Of a stretch of DNA of 26,717 nt, positions 17,184-25,715 are shown one piece after another. The DNA is taken from positions 1 through 26,717 of the forward strand of contig CAZBBZ010000002.1 of NCBI GenBank assembly GCA_964489925.1, written 5' to 3'. The position numbers and the translations under genes are program-made. The notes below the pieces were generated by a model that saw only the letters and a list, made by a program, of their open reading frames with translations, was not told the DNA's origin and did no database searches. The stretch comes from an uncultured Rhodobacterales bacterium. Lineage in GTDB: Bacteria; Pseudomonadota; Alphaproteobacteria; Rhodobacterales; Rhodobacteraceae. Position 1 is the stretch's first letter. Each line of letters begins with the position of its first letter.

Positions 17184-18692
17184 CTAAGATTTTACAGAAG
17201 GAAGTTCCGAGACGAGCCGCAGGCTCGCATTGATCCCTTCAAGTTGGTAATGTGGTCGTAAGAAAAAGCGGGCGTTGTAATAACCGGGGCGCCCTTCGAC
17301 GCTATCGACTTCCACTTCCGCTGCCGCGAGCGGGCGTTTGGCTTTGGCTTTGTCATCCGCCATCGCCGGGTTCGCCAAGACGTAGCGGTTAATCCACTCG
17401 CTGAGCCAAACCTGCATATCGCCGCGCTCTTTGAAGGTACCCACCTTATCGCGCGCAATGGCTTTGAGATAATGCGCAAATCGGCTAACCGGGAACAGAT
17501 ACGGCAAATTGGCACTGAGGCGCTCATTTGCTTGTGCATCCGGGTCTACCAGCTTGCCTGCTCTGGTTTCATCATCCTGCAAAGAATGCGCCCCGATAAA
17601 CGCGGCAAGATCGGTGTTCTTGCGGTGCAACACCGGCATCATGCCCAGCTTGGCCAGTTCCGCTTCGCGACGGTCATCAATCGCAATCTCTGTCGGGCAT
17701 TTCATCGCGATCGAGCCATCATCGGTGGGAAAGCTATGCACCGGCAAATTTGTCACCGTGCCGCCAGATTCAACGCCGCGTATCTGTGTGCCCCAGCCAT
17801 AAAGCTTGTGGCTGCGGTTGATATTGACGCCCATCGCAAAGGCGGCGTTCATCCACACGTAGTGGTCATGTTTGCCGTCGATTTTCTCTTCAAAATCAAA
17901 CCCCTTCACCGGCGTGGTTTCTGCACCGTAAGGCAAGCGCCCCAGCACACGCGGCATGGTCAGACCAATGTAACGAGAATCTTCGCTTTCGCGCAGCGAC
18001 TGCCAACTGGCGTAGTCAGGAGAGGACACAATGCCCTCTAGGTCTTGCGGGTTGGGTAATTCCTGCCAGCTTTCCATTTTGAACAACTGGGGAGCCGCCG
18101 CTGCAATAAACGGGGCATGGGCAGAGGCGCAGATGCCCGAAAGTTCGCGCAGCAAGCTGACGTCTTGGGGCTTGTGCGAAAACTCATATGCCCCGACCAA
18201 AGCGCCAAACGGTTCGCCACCAAATTGGGAGTATTCAGCCGCATAGATTTCTTTGTAGATCGGGGATTGATCCCACATTTGACCCTCAAAATCCTGCAAG
18301 ACATCGCCGAGTTCCTGTTTCTTCAGGTTCATGACGCGGATTTTCAGTTTTTGATCCGTCTCGGTGTTGTTCACCAAATAATGCAGGCCACGCCATGTGC
18401 CTTCCATCTGGCGCACATCTTCTGAGTGAAGAACTTCATTCATCTGTTCGGTCAGCATTGAATCGATGCTGCCAATCAGGGATTTGATGGATTTTATCGC
18501 ATTTCCGGAAATCGTCGCGGTGCCAGATCGTTCCTTTGCGGCGAGCGCGAGGTTTTGCACGAGTTTCTGGACTTTCTCACCTTCGGCATCTTTGACGCGA
18601 AAGTCCTTTTCCAGCAGATCGGTAAATTCGCCAAGGTCCAGCGCTTCTGCCTCGGCGGTTTTCTCAATAACTTGTTCGTCTTGCTTGGCCAT
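17184..18692 (-). CDS. tssC: T6SS contractile sheath large subunit TssC (VipB)
   Basis: EGTWRGLHYLV, FGGEPFG, SAHAPFIAAA, RYIGLTMPRVLGRLPYG, KCPTEIAIDDRREAELA, RFAHYLK and RPHYQLEG motifs. Confidence 0.98.
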   Translation of the reverse strand: MAKQDEQVIEKTAEAEALDLGEFTDLLEKDFRVKDAEGEKVQKLVQNLALAAKERSGTATISGNAIKSIKSLIGSIDSMLTEQMNEVLHSEDVRQMEGTWRGLHYLVNNTETDQKLKIRVMNLKKQELGDVLQDFEGQMWDQSPIYKEIYAAEYSQFGGEPFGALVGAYEFSHKPQDVSLLRELSGICASAHAPFIAAAAPQLFKMESWQELPNPQDLEGIVSSPDYASWQSLRESEDSRYIGLTMPRVLGRLPYGAETTPVKGFDFEEKIDGKHDHYVWMNAAFAMGVNINRSHKLYGWGTQIRGVESGGTVTNLPVHSFPTDDGSIAMKCPTEIAIDDRREAELAKLGMMPVLHRKNTDLAAFIGAHSLQDDETRAGKLVDPDAQANERLSANLPYLFPVSRFAHYLKAIARDKVGTFKERGDMQVWLSEWINRYVLANPAMADDKAKAKRPLAAAEVEVDSVEGRPGYYNARFFLRPHYQLEGINASLRLVSELPSVKS

Positions 18693-18696
18693 GATT

Positions 18697-19233
18697 TTAG
18701 TCCTCCGCGCTTGCAGCGTTTTTCAGGGCTTCTTCGGCAGCTTGTGCCAAAAGCGGCTCTGTGTTGAGCAACTGGGCGATGCGTTTTTCGGCATCAACCT
18801 TGCCATCCATGTAGCCAAGCAGTTCTTCGAGTTGGCCACGCATCTTTAGAAGTTCGTTAAGTGCCGGTACTTGTTGCGCCATTTTGTCGGGCGAGAAATC
18901 ACCCATGCTAGTGAAACTGAGATCGACAAACAGCTCGTCGTCCGCCTCTTCGCCTTCTGCAGTTGGGAGCGTGTTTTTGACGCGGGTTTTGACCCGTGGC
19001 CCCAAGGCTTCCATGAATTTGTTAAAGCGACCCGCGTCGGTTTCAACAAAGGTGCGTTCACCAACCGGCTTTTGGGCTTCGCGCGTCTCAGATTGGCCCG
19101 CTAGATCGGCCATGACGCCCATCACAAAGGGCAGCTCGATCGTCGTGGGACTGCCGTAATGCTCGACGTCATAGGCGATCTGCACACGTGGTGCGCGGTT
19201 GCGTTCAATTACTTTTTGTTTGCTTTCTGCCAT
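18697..19233 (-). CDS. tssB: T6SS contractile sheath small subunit TssB (VipA)
   Basis: RAPRVQIAYDVE, ELPFVMGVMADLAG, DFSPDKMAQQVPAL and LLGYMDGK motifs. Confidence 0.97.
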   Translation of the reverse strand: MAESKQKVIERNRAPRVQIAYDVEHYGSPTTIELPFVMGVMADLAGQSETREAQKPVGERTFVETDAGRFNKFMEALGPRVKTRVKNTLPTAEGEEADDELFVDLSFTSMGDFSPDKMAQQVPALNELLKMRGQLEELLGYMDGKVDAEKRIAQLLNTEPLLAQAAEEALKNAASAED

Positions 19234-19268
19234 GGAAATTGCCTTTCAAAACTGTTTGCAAAGTGGGT

Positions 19269-20426
19269 CTATTTTTTCTTGCCATCCTCAAGCCCGGCGG
19301 CGGCGCGGAACTCTTTCATTCCCGCAGGCGCGATTTCTTCCATCAATTCCAGAAAATCCATCGAGACCATGCGATGCATGCGCTGCGCCAGATGCGGAAT
19401 GGGACTTGAGGGTTCGGTGCGCTCGTAAAAGGCGATAATACCTTCCAGCGCGTGTTCAACGTCGCGCCGCGACCCGATGCTTTGTGGCATCACGCCATTT
19501 GAGGCCCCATTTATGGTCCCATTGGTCGCCCCGTTGGGGGCCGTACTGGTCGTGGTCGTCGCTGGTTTTTCCATCCCATTCGGCGCAGAAACTTGTGGTA
19601 TATCGTCTGTCGTGTCCGCGCTTGCCGCCTCCAGTGTTTTTTGTATCCGCGACAGCATCTCGACTGTCTCTGGCAGGCTTAGCCCCCCTGCCGTGTCTAG
19701 CTTGGCCTTGGCGCAGAACGCCGCACAAAGCGCGCCCGCCTTTTCCTGTGCTGCGATCACCTGATCCATCATTTCGGCCATCGCTTCTGGCGTTTCGGCG
19801 GCAAATGCGCGCGTCCCGGCGCGCACCCGGTTGACGCGCGTCTCGTGCTTGGCTTCATGTTCTTCAAGCTCGGCAGCGGTTGCTCCGCTGTAGCGTGACT
19901 TCAGATCGAAAAAACGCAGCGTGCCAATTTCCAGATCTTCGCCCGTTAGGGGACCAATGCCGCGCGGCGTCAAAACAACCGTACATTTCAAATCGCCCAG
20001 CAGCCCGTTTTCGTCATTCTCGATCTGCTTGAGCGCATTCAAGCGCCGTTGCACTTGGTCCGCTGGAGCGCCACTTTCGCGCAATTCTGGATGCAACTCG
20101 TCCCAGTGCTGCTCAAGCGTGCGCACCAAAACGTCAAATCCCTTCGTCAGCCCCTCAAAGCCATCAATCGCGAAACTCGCACGCAGGATCTTGACCATCA
20201 AACGTAGGTCGCGACCCTCTTTGGCTAAGGCCTGACCCTCACTGGCGATCTTGTCCCAATCCACCTGCGCTGCACCCGCGTTTGGAGTGCCATCTTGATT
20301 GCTGCGCAAGCTTCGCTCGGCTGGATCAAACAGCCGCTCAATCGCGTGAAAGCGCGCGTCGTTCCTCAAATCCTGCCCAGAAGGGTTATCGCCCTCAATC
20401 GGCAAAAGGAGGGCATCGTAATCCAT
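19269..20426 (-). CDS. tssA: T6SS TssA (ImpA family)
   Basis: ImpA_N domain (LLLPIEGDNPSGQDLR...VDW...GRDLRL...HWDELHPEL) and C-terminal SRRDV...FYERTEPSSPIP...MDFLELMEEIAP. ATG 20426 with a GGGG SD-like element is preferred over 20450. Confidence 0.93.
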   Translation of the reverse strand: MDYDALLLPIEGDNPSGQDLRNDARFHAIERLFDPAERSLRSNQDGTPNAGAAQVDWDKIASEGQALAKEGRDLRLMVKILRASFAIDGFEGLTKGFDVLVRTLEQHWDELHPELRESGAPADQVQRRLNALKQIENDENGLLGDLKCTVVLTPRGIGPLTGEDLEIGTLRFFDLKSRYSGATAAELEEHEAKHETRVNRVRAGTRAFAAETPEAMAEMMDQVIAAQEKAGALCAAFCAKAKLDTAGGLSLPETVEMLSRIQKTLEAASADTTDDIPQVSAPNGMEKPATTTTSTAPNGATNGTINGASNGVMPQSIGSRRDVEHALEGIIAFYERTEPSSPIPHLAQRMHRMVSMDFLELMEEIAPAGMKEFRAAAGLEDGKKK

Positions 20427-20676
20427 CGATTCGCCCCAAATATTTTTCAACTATTTGGTAACTATTACAGATCGGCCTGATTCTTGCAACGATTTCACAC
20501 CTGCGGTGTGTTCAATAAAACCCCTTAAAAATAGGCCTTAGCGTAACTCATCCTTTGTCAGCGCCCAAAACGAGAACAACCAATGGTGGAATTACCCTCA
20601 ACATTGGTCCGAAATTTTTTGGTCACTTAACGGCTTGCACCACCTGCGAGACCATCTAGTTTCAGGGGGTCAAAAC
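20427..20676 (-). promoter_or_regulatory. 250-bp intergenic region, probable internal promoter for the tssA-tagF operon
   Basis: AT-rich, non-coding, and the only large gap in the minus-strand run from clpV to tagF. Contains the direct repeat AACTATT-N4-AACTATT (20449-20466) and the inverted repeat CACACC-N3-GGTGTG (20496-20510). Confidence 0.5.
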
Positions 20677-23382
20677 TTAGGAAAATCTGTAGGAAAAGCC
20701 CTCGTCCGCACCGCTGACCGTCACGGCGTTCAGGCTTTCTTGGGAAAGCGAACGCGTCAGAATTTGACGGCTGAGTTCGGGGAGCAAAGTATTGGTCAAA
20801 ATCGCGTCGATCATACGCCCACCACTTTCAATTTCCGTACAGCGATCCTTGATCAACTGGATGGCGCTGTCTTCGATATTCAGCGTGGCGCCATACCCTT
20901 CGGCCAGTCGGGACGCGATGCCGCGCAGCTTGTGACCGGCGATTGCTTCGATCATTTTATCGGACAATGGATAATATGGGATCGTCACGACACGTCCCAA
21001 AAGAGCAGGAGGAAACACAGTCAACAGGGGCGACCGCAAAGCGGCGGTCAAAGCTTCGGTGTCAGCGGTTTTTTTGCCATCTTGGGTCATCGCCATGATC
21101 TCGTCGCTGCCAACATTGGAGGTCAACAGGATCAGCGTGTTCTTGAAATCAATGCGACGGCCTTCGCTGTCATCCATCATGCCTTTGTCAAAGACCTGAA
21201 AGAATATCTCATGCACGTCCGAATGGGCTTTTTCCACCTCATCCAACAAGACCACCGAATAGGGGCGACGGCGCACGGCTTCGGTTAGAATGCCCCCTTT
21301 GCCGTACCCCACATAACCCGGTGGTGCGCCCTTGAGCGTGCTGACGGTATGGGCTTCTTGAAACTCGCTCATATTGATCGAAATGAGGTTGTCTTCGCCG
21401 CCATACATTAGGTCCGCAATGGCCAAGGCAGTTTCGGTTTTGCCAACCCCCGAGGGGCCGCACAGCAGAAACACGCCAACCGGTTTTTCTGGAGCGCCAA
21501 GACCAGCGGTCGACGTCTGGATGCGGTTGGCGATCATTTCCATTGCGTGATCTTGCCCGACCACGCGCTCTGCCATATCCGCGGCAAGTCCCAGCGCGCG
21601 TTCGCTGGTTGAAGATAACATCCGCCCCATCGGAATGCCCGTCCAACTTTGAACAACGCCCGCAACGGCCTGTTCATCAACAGAAGGCAAGATCAGCGGA
21701 TTTTCTCCTTGGGCATCGGCCAGTTCCGCCATTTTAGCGCGCAGTTCCGTGAGCGTCGCATCGCGATCAAAAGGTTCGGTTTCTGGTGGTGCGTCTGGTG
21801 GTTCGGCATCCGCTGGTTCATCTGCGCTGCCAGTGTCATCAATGGTTTGCCCCGATGCCCGCAGTTTTGCGCGCAGCTCTAGCACATCATGCACCAACGC
21901 TTGCTCGTTTTCCCAACGCTCGTTCGCGCTTAAGAGGGCGGCGTTTTCCACCTCGATCGCCGCATCCACTTCGGCGCGCCGCTCGGTCACATCAATGCCG
22001 ATCTCGCCTTCGCGCTCTATGATACCGGACTCAATTTCAAGGGCGGAAAGGCGGCGCTGAATATCTTCCACCTCAGCGGGCGTTGCATGCTGGGAAACCC
22101 CCACACGCGCGCAAGCTGTATCCAGCAACGAGATCGCTTTGTCGGGCAGTTGGCGGGCAGGAATGTAGCGGTGCGAAAGCTTTACCGCCGCCTCAATCGC
22201 CTCATCCAGCACTTCGACGCGGTGGTGCTTTTCCAATACGCCGGTCACGCCGCGACACATCAAAATGGCTTTATCATCGGACGGCTCGTCAATCTGGACC
22301 GTCTGAAAACGCCGCGTCAGCGCCGGGTCGGGTTCGATGTGCTGTTTGTATTCCGCCCAAGTGGTCGCTGCGATGGTGCGCAATTCGCCACGCGCCAAAG
22401 GTGGCTTCAAGAGATTGGCCGCATCGCCCGTACCCGAGGCGCCCCCGGCACCGATCAGCATATGCGCTTCGTCAATGAACAATATGATCGGCGTCTCGGA
22501 GGATTGCACTTCTTCAATCACCGACTTTAGCCGTTTCTCGAACTCCCCCTTCACCGAGGCGCCTGCCTGCATCAGTCCGATATCGAGCATCTGCAAATCG
22601 ACGTTACGCAATTGCGGCGGCACATCGCCCTTGGCCAGCCGCTGCGCAAAACCTTCGACCACTGCGGTTTTGCCTACGCCTGCTTCGCCCGTGAGGATGG
22701 GGTTGTTTTGCTTGCGGCGCATCAGAACGTCGATGATTTGGCGAATTTCGACGTCGCGCCCAACGATCGGGTCCAAGGCGCCGTCACGTGCGCGCTTAGT
22801 CAGATTGGTCGCATAGGAGTCCAGAGCCGATTGGCCACCGGGTTTCGGCTTTTTGGCTGCTTCAGCGCCATCTTGAGGCTCGCCTCGTTCCAAGGAACTG
22901 GCGAGCAATTCGTCAAGTTGATCGGCCATTGCGGACGCATCAATCTTGTCAAATTCCAGACTGATCTTGAACATCAAGCCCTCAAGAACCGGCAAATTGA
23001 GCGCAGCAAGTAGGATGTAGGCCGAACGCACTCCATCGTCGCCAAACTCAAGTGAGCCGAAGTTCCACGCTTCTTGAATGGCGCGAAAAATGTGGTCAGA
23101 GAACTCTTCAACCGCGCTTGCGCCATGGGGAAGCGCATCAGTAGCACGCAGCAAATCGCCGGTTAACTTATGTCTATCCACCCCGGCTGCATCCAGCAAA
23201 ATATCGAAATCTGAACGCTCACTGTCAGCAAGTTCTGTTAAGAAGTGAACAAGCTCAACATAGGGATTACCGCGTTTTTTGGTTGCCTGAGCAGCATCCG
23301 AAAACGCCTTAAAACAGATTGGGTTCAGTTTGCCGACAAGCTCTTTTCGTTTGACGGTTTCTTGCGATCCACGAGGTGCCAC
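20677..23382 (-). CDS. tssH: T6SS AAA+ ATPase ClpV (TssH)
   Basis: ClpV N-terminus (LVGKLN...RGNPYVELVH), two AAA+ modules (GEAGVGKT / FIDEAH and GPSGVGKT / LLDEVEKAH), TTWAEYK and GAPPGYVGYG motifs; GTG start with GGAGG SD. Confidence 0.97.
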   Translation of the reverse strand: MAPRGSQETVKRKELVGKLNPICFKAFSDAAQATKKRGNPYVELVHFLTELADSERSDFDILLDAAGVDRHKLTGDLLRATDALPHGASAVEEFSDHIFRAIQEAWNFGSLEFGDDGVRSAYILLAALNLPVLEGLMFKISLEFDKIDASAMADQLDELLASSLERGEPQDGAEAAKKPKPGGQSALDSYATNLTKRARDGALDPIVGRDVEIRQIIDVLMRRKQNNPILTGEAGVGKTAVVEGFAQRLAKGDVPPQLRNVDLQMLDIGLMQAGASVKGEFEKRLKSVIEEVQSSETPIILFIDEAHMLIGAGGASGTGDAANLLKPPLARGELRTIAATTWAEYKQHIEPDPALTRRFQTVQIDEPSDDKAILMCRGVTGVLEKHHRVEVLDEAIEAAVKLSHRYIPARQLPDKAISLLDTACARVGVSQHATPAEVEDIQRRLSALEIESGIIEREGEIGIDVTERRAEVDAAIEVENAALLSANERWENEQALVHDVLELRAKLRASGQTIDDTGSADEPADAEPPDAPPETEPFDRDATLTELRAKMAELADAQGENPLILPSVDEQAVAGVVQSWTGIPMGRMLSSTSERALGLAADMAERVVGQDHAMEMIANRIQTSTAGLGAPEKPVGVFLLCGPSGVGKTETALAIADLMYGGEDNLISINMSEFQEAHTVSTLKGAPPGYVGYGKGGILTEAVRRRPYSVVLLDEVEKAHSDVHEIFFQVFDKGMMDDSEGRRIDFKNTLILLTSNVGSDEIMAMTQDGKKTADTEALTAALRSPLLTVFPPALLGRVVTIPYYPLSDKMIEAIAGHKLRGIASRLAEGYGATLNIEDSAIQLIKDRCTEIESGGRMIDAILTNTLLPELSRQILTRSLSQESLNAVTVSGADEGFSYRFS

Positions 23383-23440
23383 GGAAGTCTCCCTCCAAAA
23401 TAAACCTTGTTTTTGAATGCGATGAAATATTCAATTGAGA

Positions 23441-23460
23441 ATCTATAACACACTATAGAC
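23441..23460. promoter_or_regulatory. Palindromic operator in the divergent clpV/ppkA promoter (lux-box-like)
   Basis: ATCTATAACACACTATAGAC: perfect 6-bp arms TCTATA/TATAGA with a 6-bp spacer, fitting NNCT-N12-AGNN. Located at the midpoint of the 133-bp gap. Confidence 0.45.
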
Positions 23461-23515
23461 CAGTTTTTTCGATGACGCGATAGTTTTGAAAACGACCCTT
23501 AATTAGGAGCCAACG

Positions 23516-25609
23516 ATGATCGCAGAAATGCCGGGCGATATTTTTAGGACGGGGCAAATTCTGAACAACACTTACGAGATTCTCGGGGTGTTGGGGCGGG
23601 GCGGTACCGGTGAAGTTTATCTTGCGCGAAATCAAGTGGTCGAGCGTAACGTCGCCATAAAGGCGCTGAATCTGCAGTTTTCGGGCAATGCGGAATATCT
23701 GGAATTGATGAAGCGCGAGGAAGAAATGCGCGACATCGTTCACAATGCGGTGGTGCGCTATTCAGAGTGCTCAAAGTCCGATCAGGGCCATGTATTCTTG
23801 GTTATGGAATATGTTGACGGCATCTCATTAAGCGACGCGATGTCGGAACGGCGTCTGTCGAGCAAAGAGCTGATGATTATCGCGCATCGTGTGCTGGAGG
23901 GCCTCGTGGCTGTGCACGCGCATGGCATCGTGCATCGTGATCTGTCGCCGGACAATATCATCCTGCGCGACGGTCAGGCTGAGCGCGCAACGATCATTGA
24001 CTTTGGAATTGCCAAAGATACTGCCGCTGGCGCGCGCACGATTGTCGGCAACGAATTCGCCGGAAAATATGAATATGCCGCGCCTGAGCAGTTAGAGGGC
24101 CTAGCGGAGTATCGCACGGATCTTTATTCACTTGGCGCGTCGCTTTTGGCCGCGCATCAGCGAGATGTGCCGTTTGTTGGCGCTACACCGGGCGAGATTA
24201 TTAGGCGCAAGCAAGAACCGCTTGATACAACCGGGGTCGAGCCGCCGTTAAACGCGGTGATTGCTTTGCTATCCGCACCAGCGCTCAACGATCGCCCTCG
24301 TGATGCGGCGGCGGCGCTTGAAACGGTTGGGGGTCACTTGGCCCGCCAAGGCGAACCGTCTTCGTCAAAGGACAAGCGCGATAAACCGGGTCGGAAATCT
24401 GGGGCGCTCAAATGGCTTTTGCTGCCGGGTCTTGCTGCGGCGGCGGCTGCGTTTTGGTTTGGCTTTATGGCCGAAGAACCTTTGCCGATGGCGGCTCCTT
24501 TTGCGATGTCAGCGAGCTTTGAAGGTACAGGGAACGCCACGATAACGGCACATGCGCCCGATGAAATTTCGGCGGATTTGTTGCGTGAAGCTTTTGCAAG
24601 TTCAACCCAAACGACGTCGTTGCCCGGCAACATCACCTTGGCCCAAGGGGTGCCGTCCGAGGCGTGGTCCGCGCAGGTGTCGGACCTGTTGGGTCTGCTG
24701 GCCTCACTCGAAAACTGGACGCTGGACGTTGCGGACCAAAGCGCCACGATCAACGGACTGGCGCGTAATTTGAACACGCGTGCCACATCACAAGCGGCCA
24801 TCGAAAACTGGTCTGCGCAAGCTGGTTTTGACATGCAAATGAGCCTGATCGCTGGGCCAGAATTTTTGCAAAAACGCGATGTTTTGGCCGCGATTGAGCC
24901 GTTTCAGACCTGCGGCAAGCTTGACGTGGTTGGCGCGGAAGTGGACGGCGCATTCCCGCTTTTTGATACGCTGAAAATTCGTGGCGATCTGGCGGATGCA
25001 AATGAAGCCCCCGCATTGCAGGCCGTGTTGACCCCTCTTGTGGGTGATCGGAACATCAAAATGGAAACCGTCACCTTGAACGCGGATCTTTGCGCCATTC
25101 GCAACGTCTTGCCAGCGGCTGAGAGCTCTAGTCTGTTGATCTGGATGGGGGATGGTGAAACGGGTGAGATTTCTTTGACCGGTGCTTTTAAGACCGGGCA
25201 AAACCCAATCGTTGAAGTGCATTTGCCCGATGCGCGGCCCGACACGTCACTTTGGGTCATGGTTGTGGACAACACCGGCAAGGTTTACCACGTTTTACCC
25301 AATATCAATCGCACTGAGCATCAGGTTGGCAAACTGGGCGAAGTGTTAGGCGGCGTGCGTCAAGTTCGCGTGCTGCATTCCGTAGACGAGTTCAAACAGA
25401 ACAACGATCTTTTGGCCTTTGAGATTACCGAAGGCGACTATGGAAAAAGCGAGGTCATTGCGATTTTAAGCAAAACAGAATTGTTTGATCTGCGCCGCCC
25501 CAGAGACGAAAGCGTGTCATCATTTGCTCAAGCATTGGAAGAGGCGCTGGCAGGGCGCGAGGATCAAATTATTGCGGTTTCCAGCCGGATCATTGATGCG
25601 CGACCTTGA
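23516..25609 (+). CDS. ppkA: Membrane Ser/Thr protein kinase (PpkA-like) with periplasmic region ending in a probable DUF4384 domain
   Basis: AGGAG SD; Hanks motifs GRGGTGEVY, VAIK, HRDLSPDN, DFG, APE and DLYSLG; TM helix at ~299-318; C-terminal FKTGQNPIVEV...LWVMVVDNTGKVYHVLPN resembles DUF4384. The ppkA symbol is assigned from T6SS context and is not proven orthology. Confidence 0.85.
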   Translation: MIAEMPGDIFRTGQILNNTYEILGVLGRGGTGEVYLARNQVVERNVAIKALNLQFSGNAEYLELMKREEEMRDIVHNAVVRYSECSKSDQGHVFLVMEYVDGISLSDAMSERRLSSKELMIIAHRVLEGLVAVHAHGIVHRDLSPDNIILRDGQAERATIIDFGIAKDTAAGARTIVGNEFAGKYEYAAPEQLEGLAEYRTDLYSLGASLLAAHQRDVPFVGATPGEIIRRKQEPLDTTGVEPPLNAVIALLSAPALNDRPRDAAAALETVGGHLARQGEPSSSKDKRDKPGRKSGALKWLLLPGLAAAAAAFWFGFMAEEPLPMAAPFAMSASFEGTGNATITAHAPDEISADLLREAFASSTQTTSLPGNITLAQGVPSEAWSAQVSDLLGLLASLENWTLDVADQSATINGLARNLNTRATSQAAIENWSAQAGFDMQMSLIAGPEFLQKRDVLAAIEPFQTCGKLDVVGAEVDGAFPLFDTLKIRGDLADANEAPALQAVLTPLVGDRNIKMETVTLNADLCAIRNVLPAAESSSLLIWMGDGETGEISLTGAFKTGQNPIVEVHLPDARPDTSLWVMVVDNTGKVYHVLPNINRTEHQVGKLGEVLGGVRQVRVLHSVDEFKQNNDLLAFEITEGDYGKSEVIAILSKTELFDLRRPRDESVSSFAQALEEALAGREDQIIAVSSRIIDARP

Positions 25610-25686
25610 GCGGAATTATCCGCTACTGGGCGTCGGTTCATACATTTTTTGGGGCATTTCCAAAACCTAGCGGACCAATCAAACGG

Positions 25687-25715
25687 TTGACAGAAAGATG
25701 CGAATTTTACAGAGT
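25687..25715 (+). promoter_or_regulatory. Possible sigma70-type promoter upstream of the TpsB gene
   Basis: Perfect TTGACA at 25687-25692 in an AT-rich gap. The -10 region is poor (TACAGA/CAGAGT depending on spacer). Confidence 0.3.

Larger units (their letters stand above)
4545..25609. other. Type VI secretion system gene cluster (i3-like organisation)
   Basis: Contiguous tssH, tssA, B, C, hcp, E, F, G, tagH, J, K, L, M and tagF plus a divergent PpkA-like kinase. Gene content resembles the P. aeruginosa H1 and Agrobacterium imp clusters (TssL-OmpA, Fha, TagF, PpkA). The subtype is inferred, not computed. Confidence 0.97.

Noticed and set aside
20635-21288. 217-aa plus-strand ORF beginning in the clpV-tssA gap
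   Set aside because: Almost entirely antisense to clpV; such open antisense frames are common opposite Clp ATPase genes.
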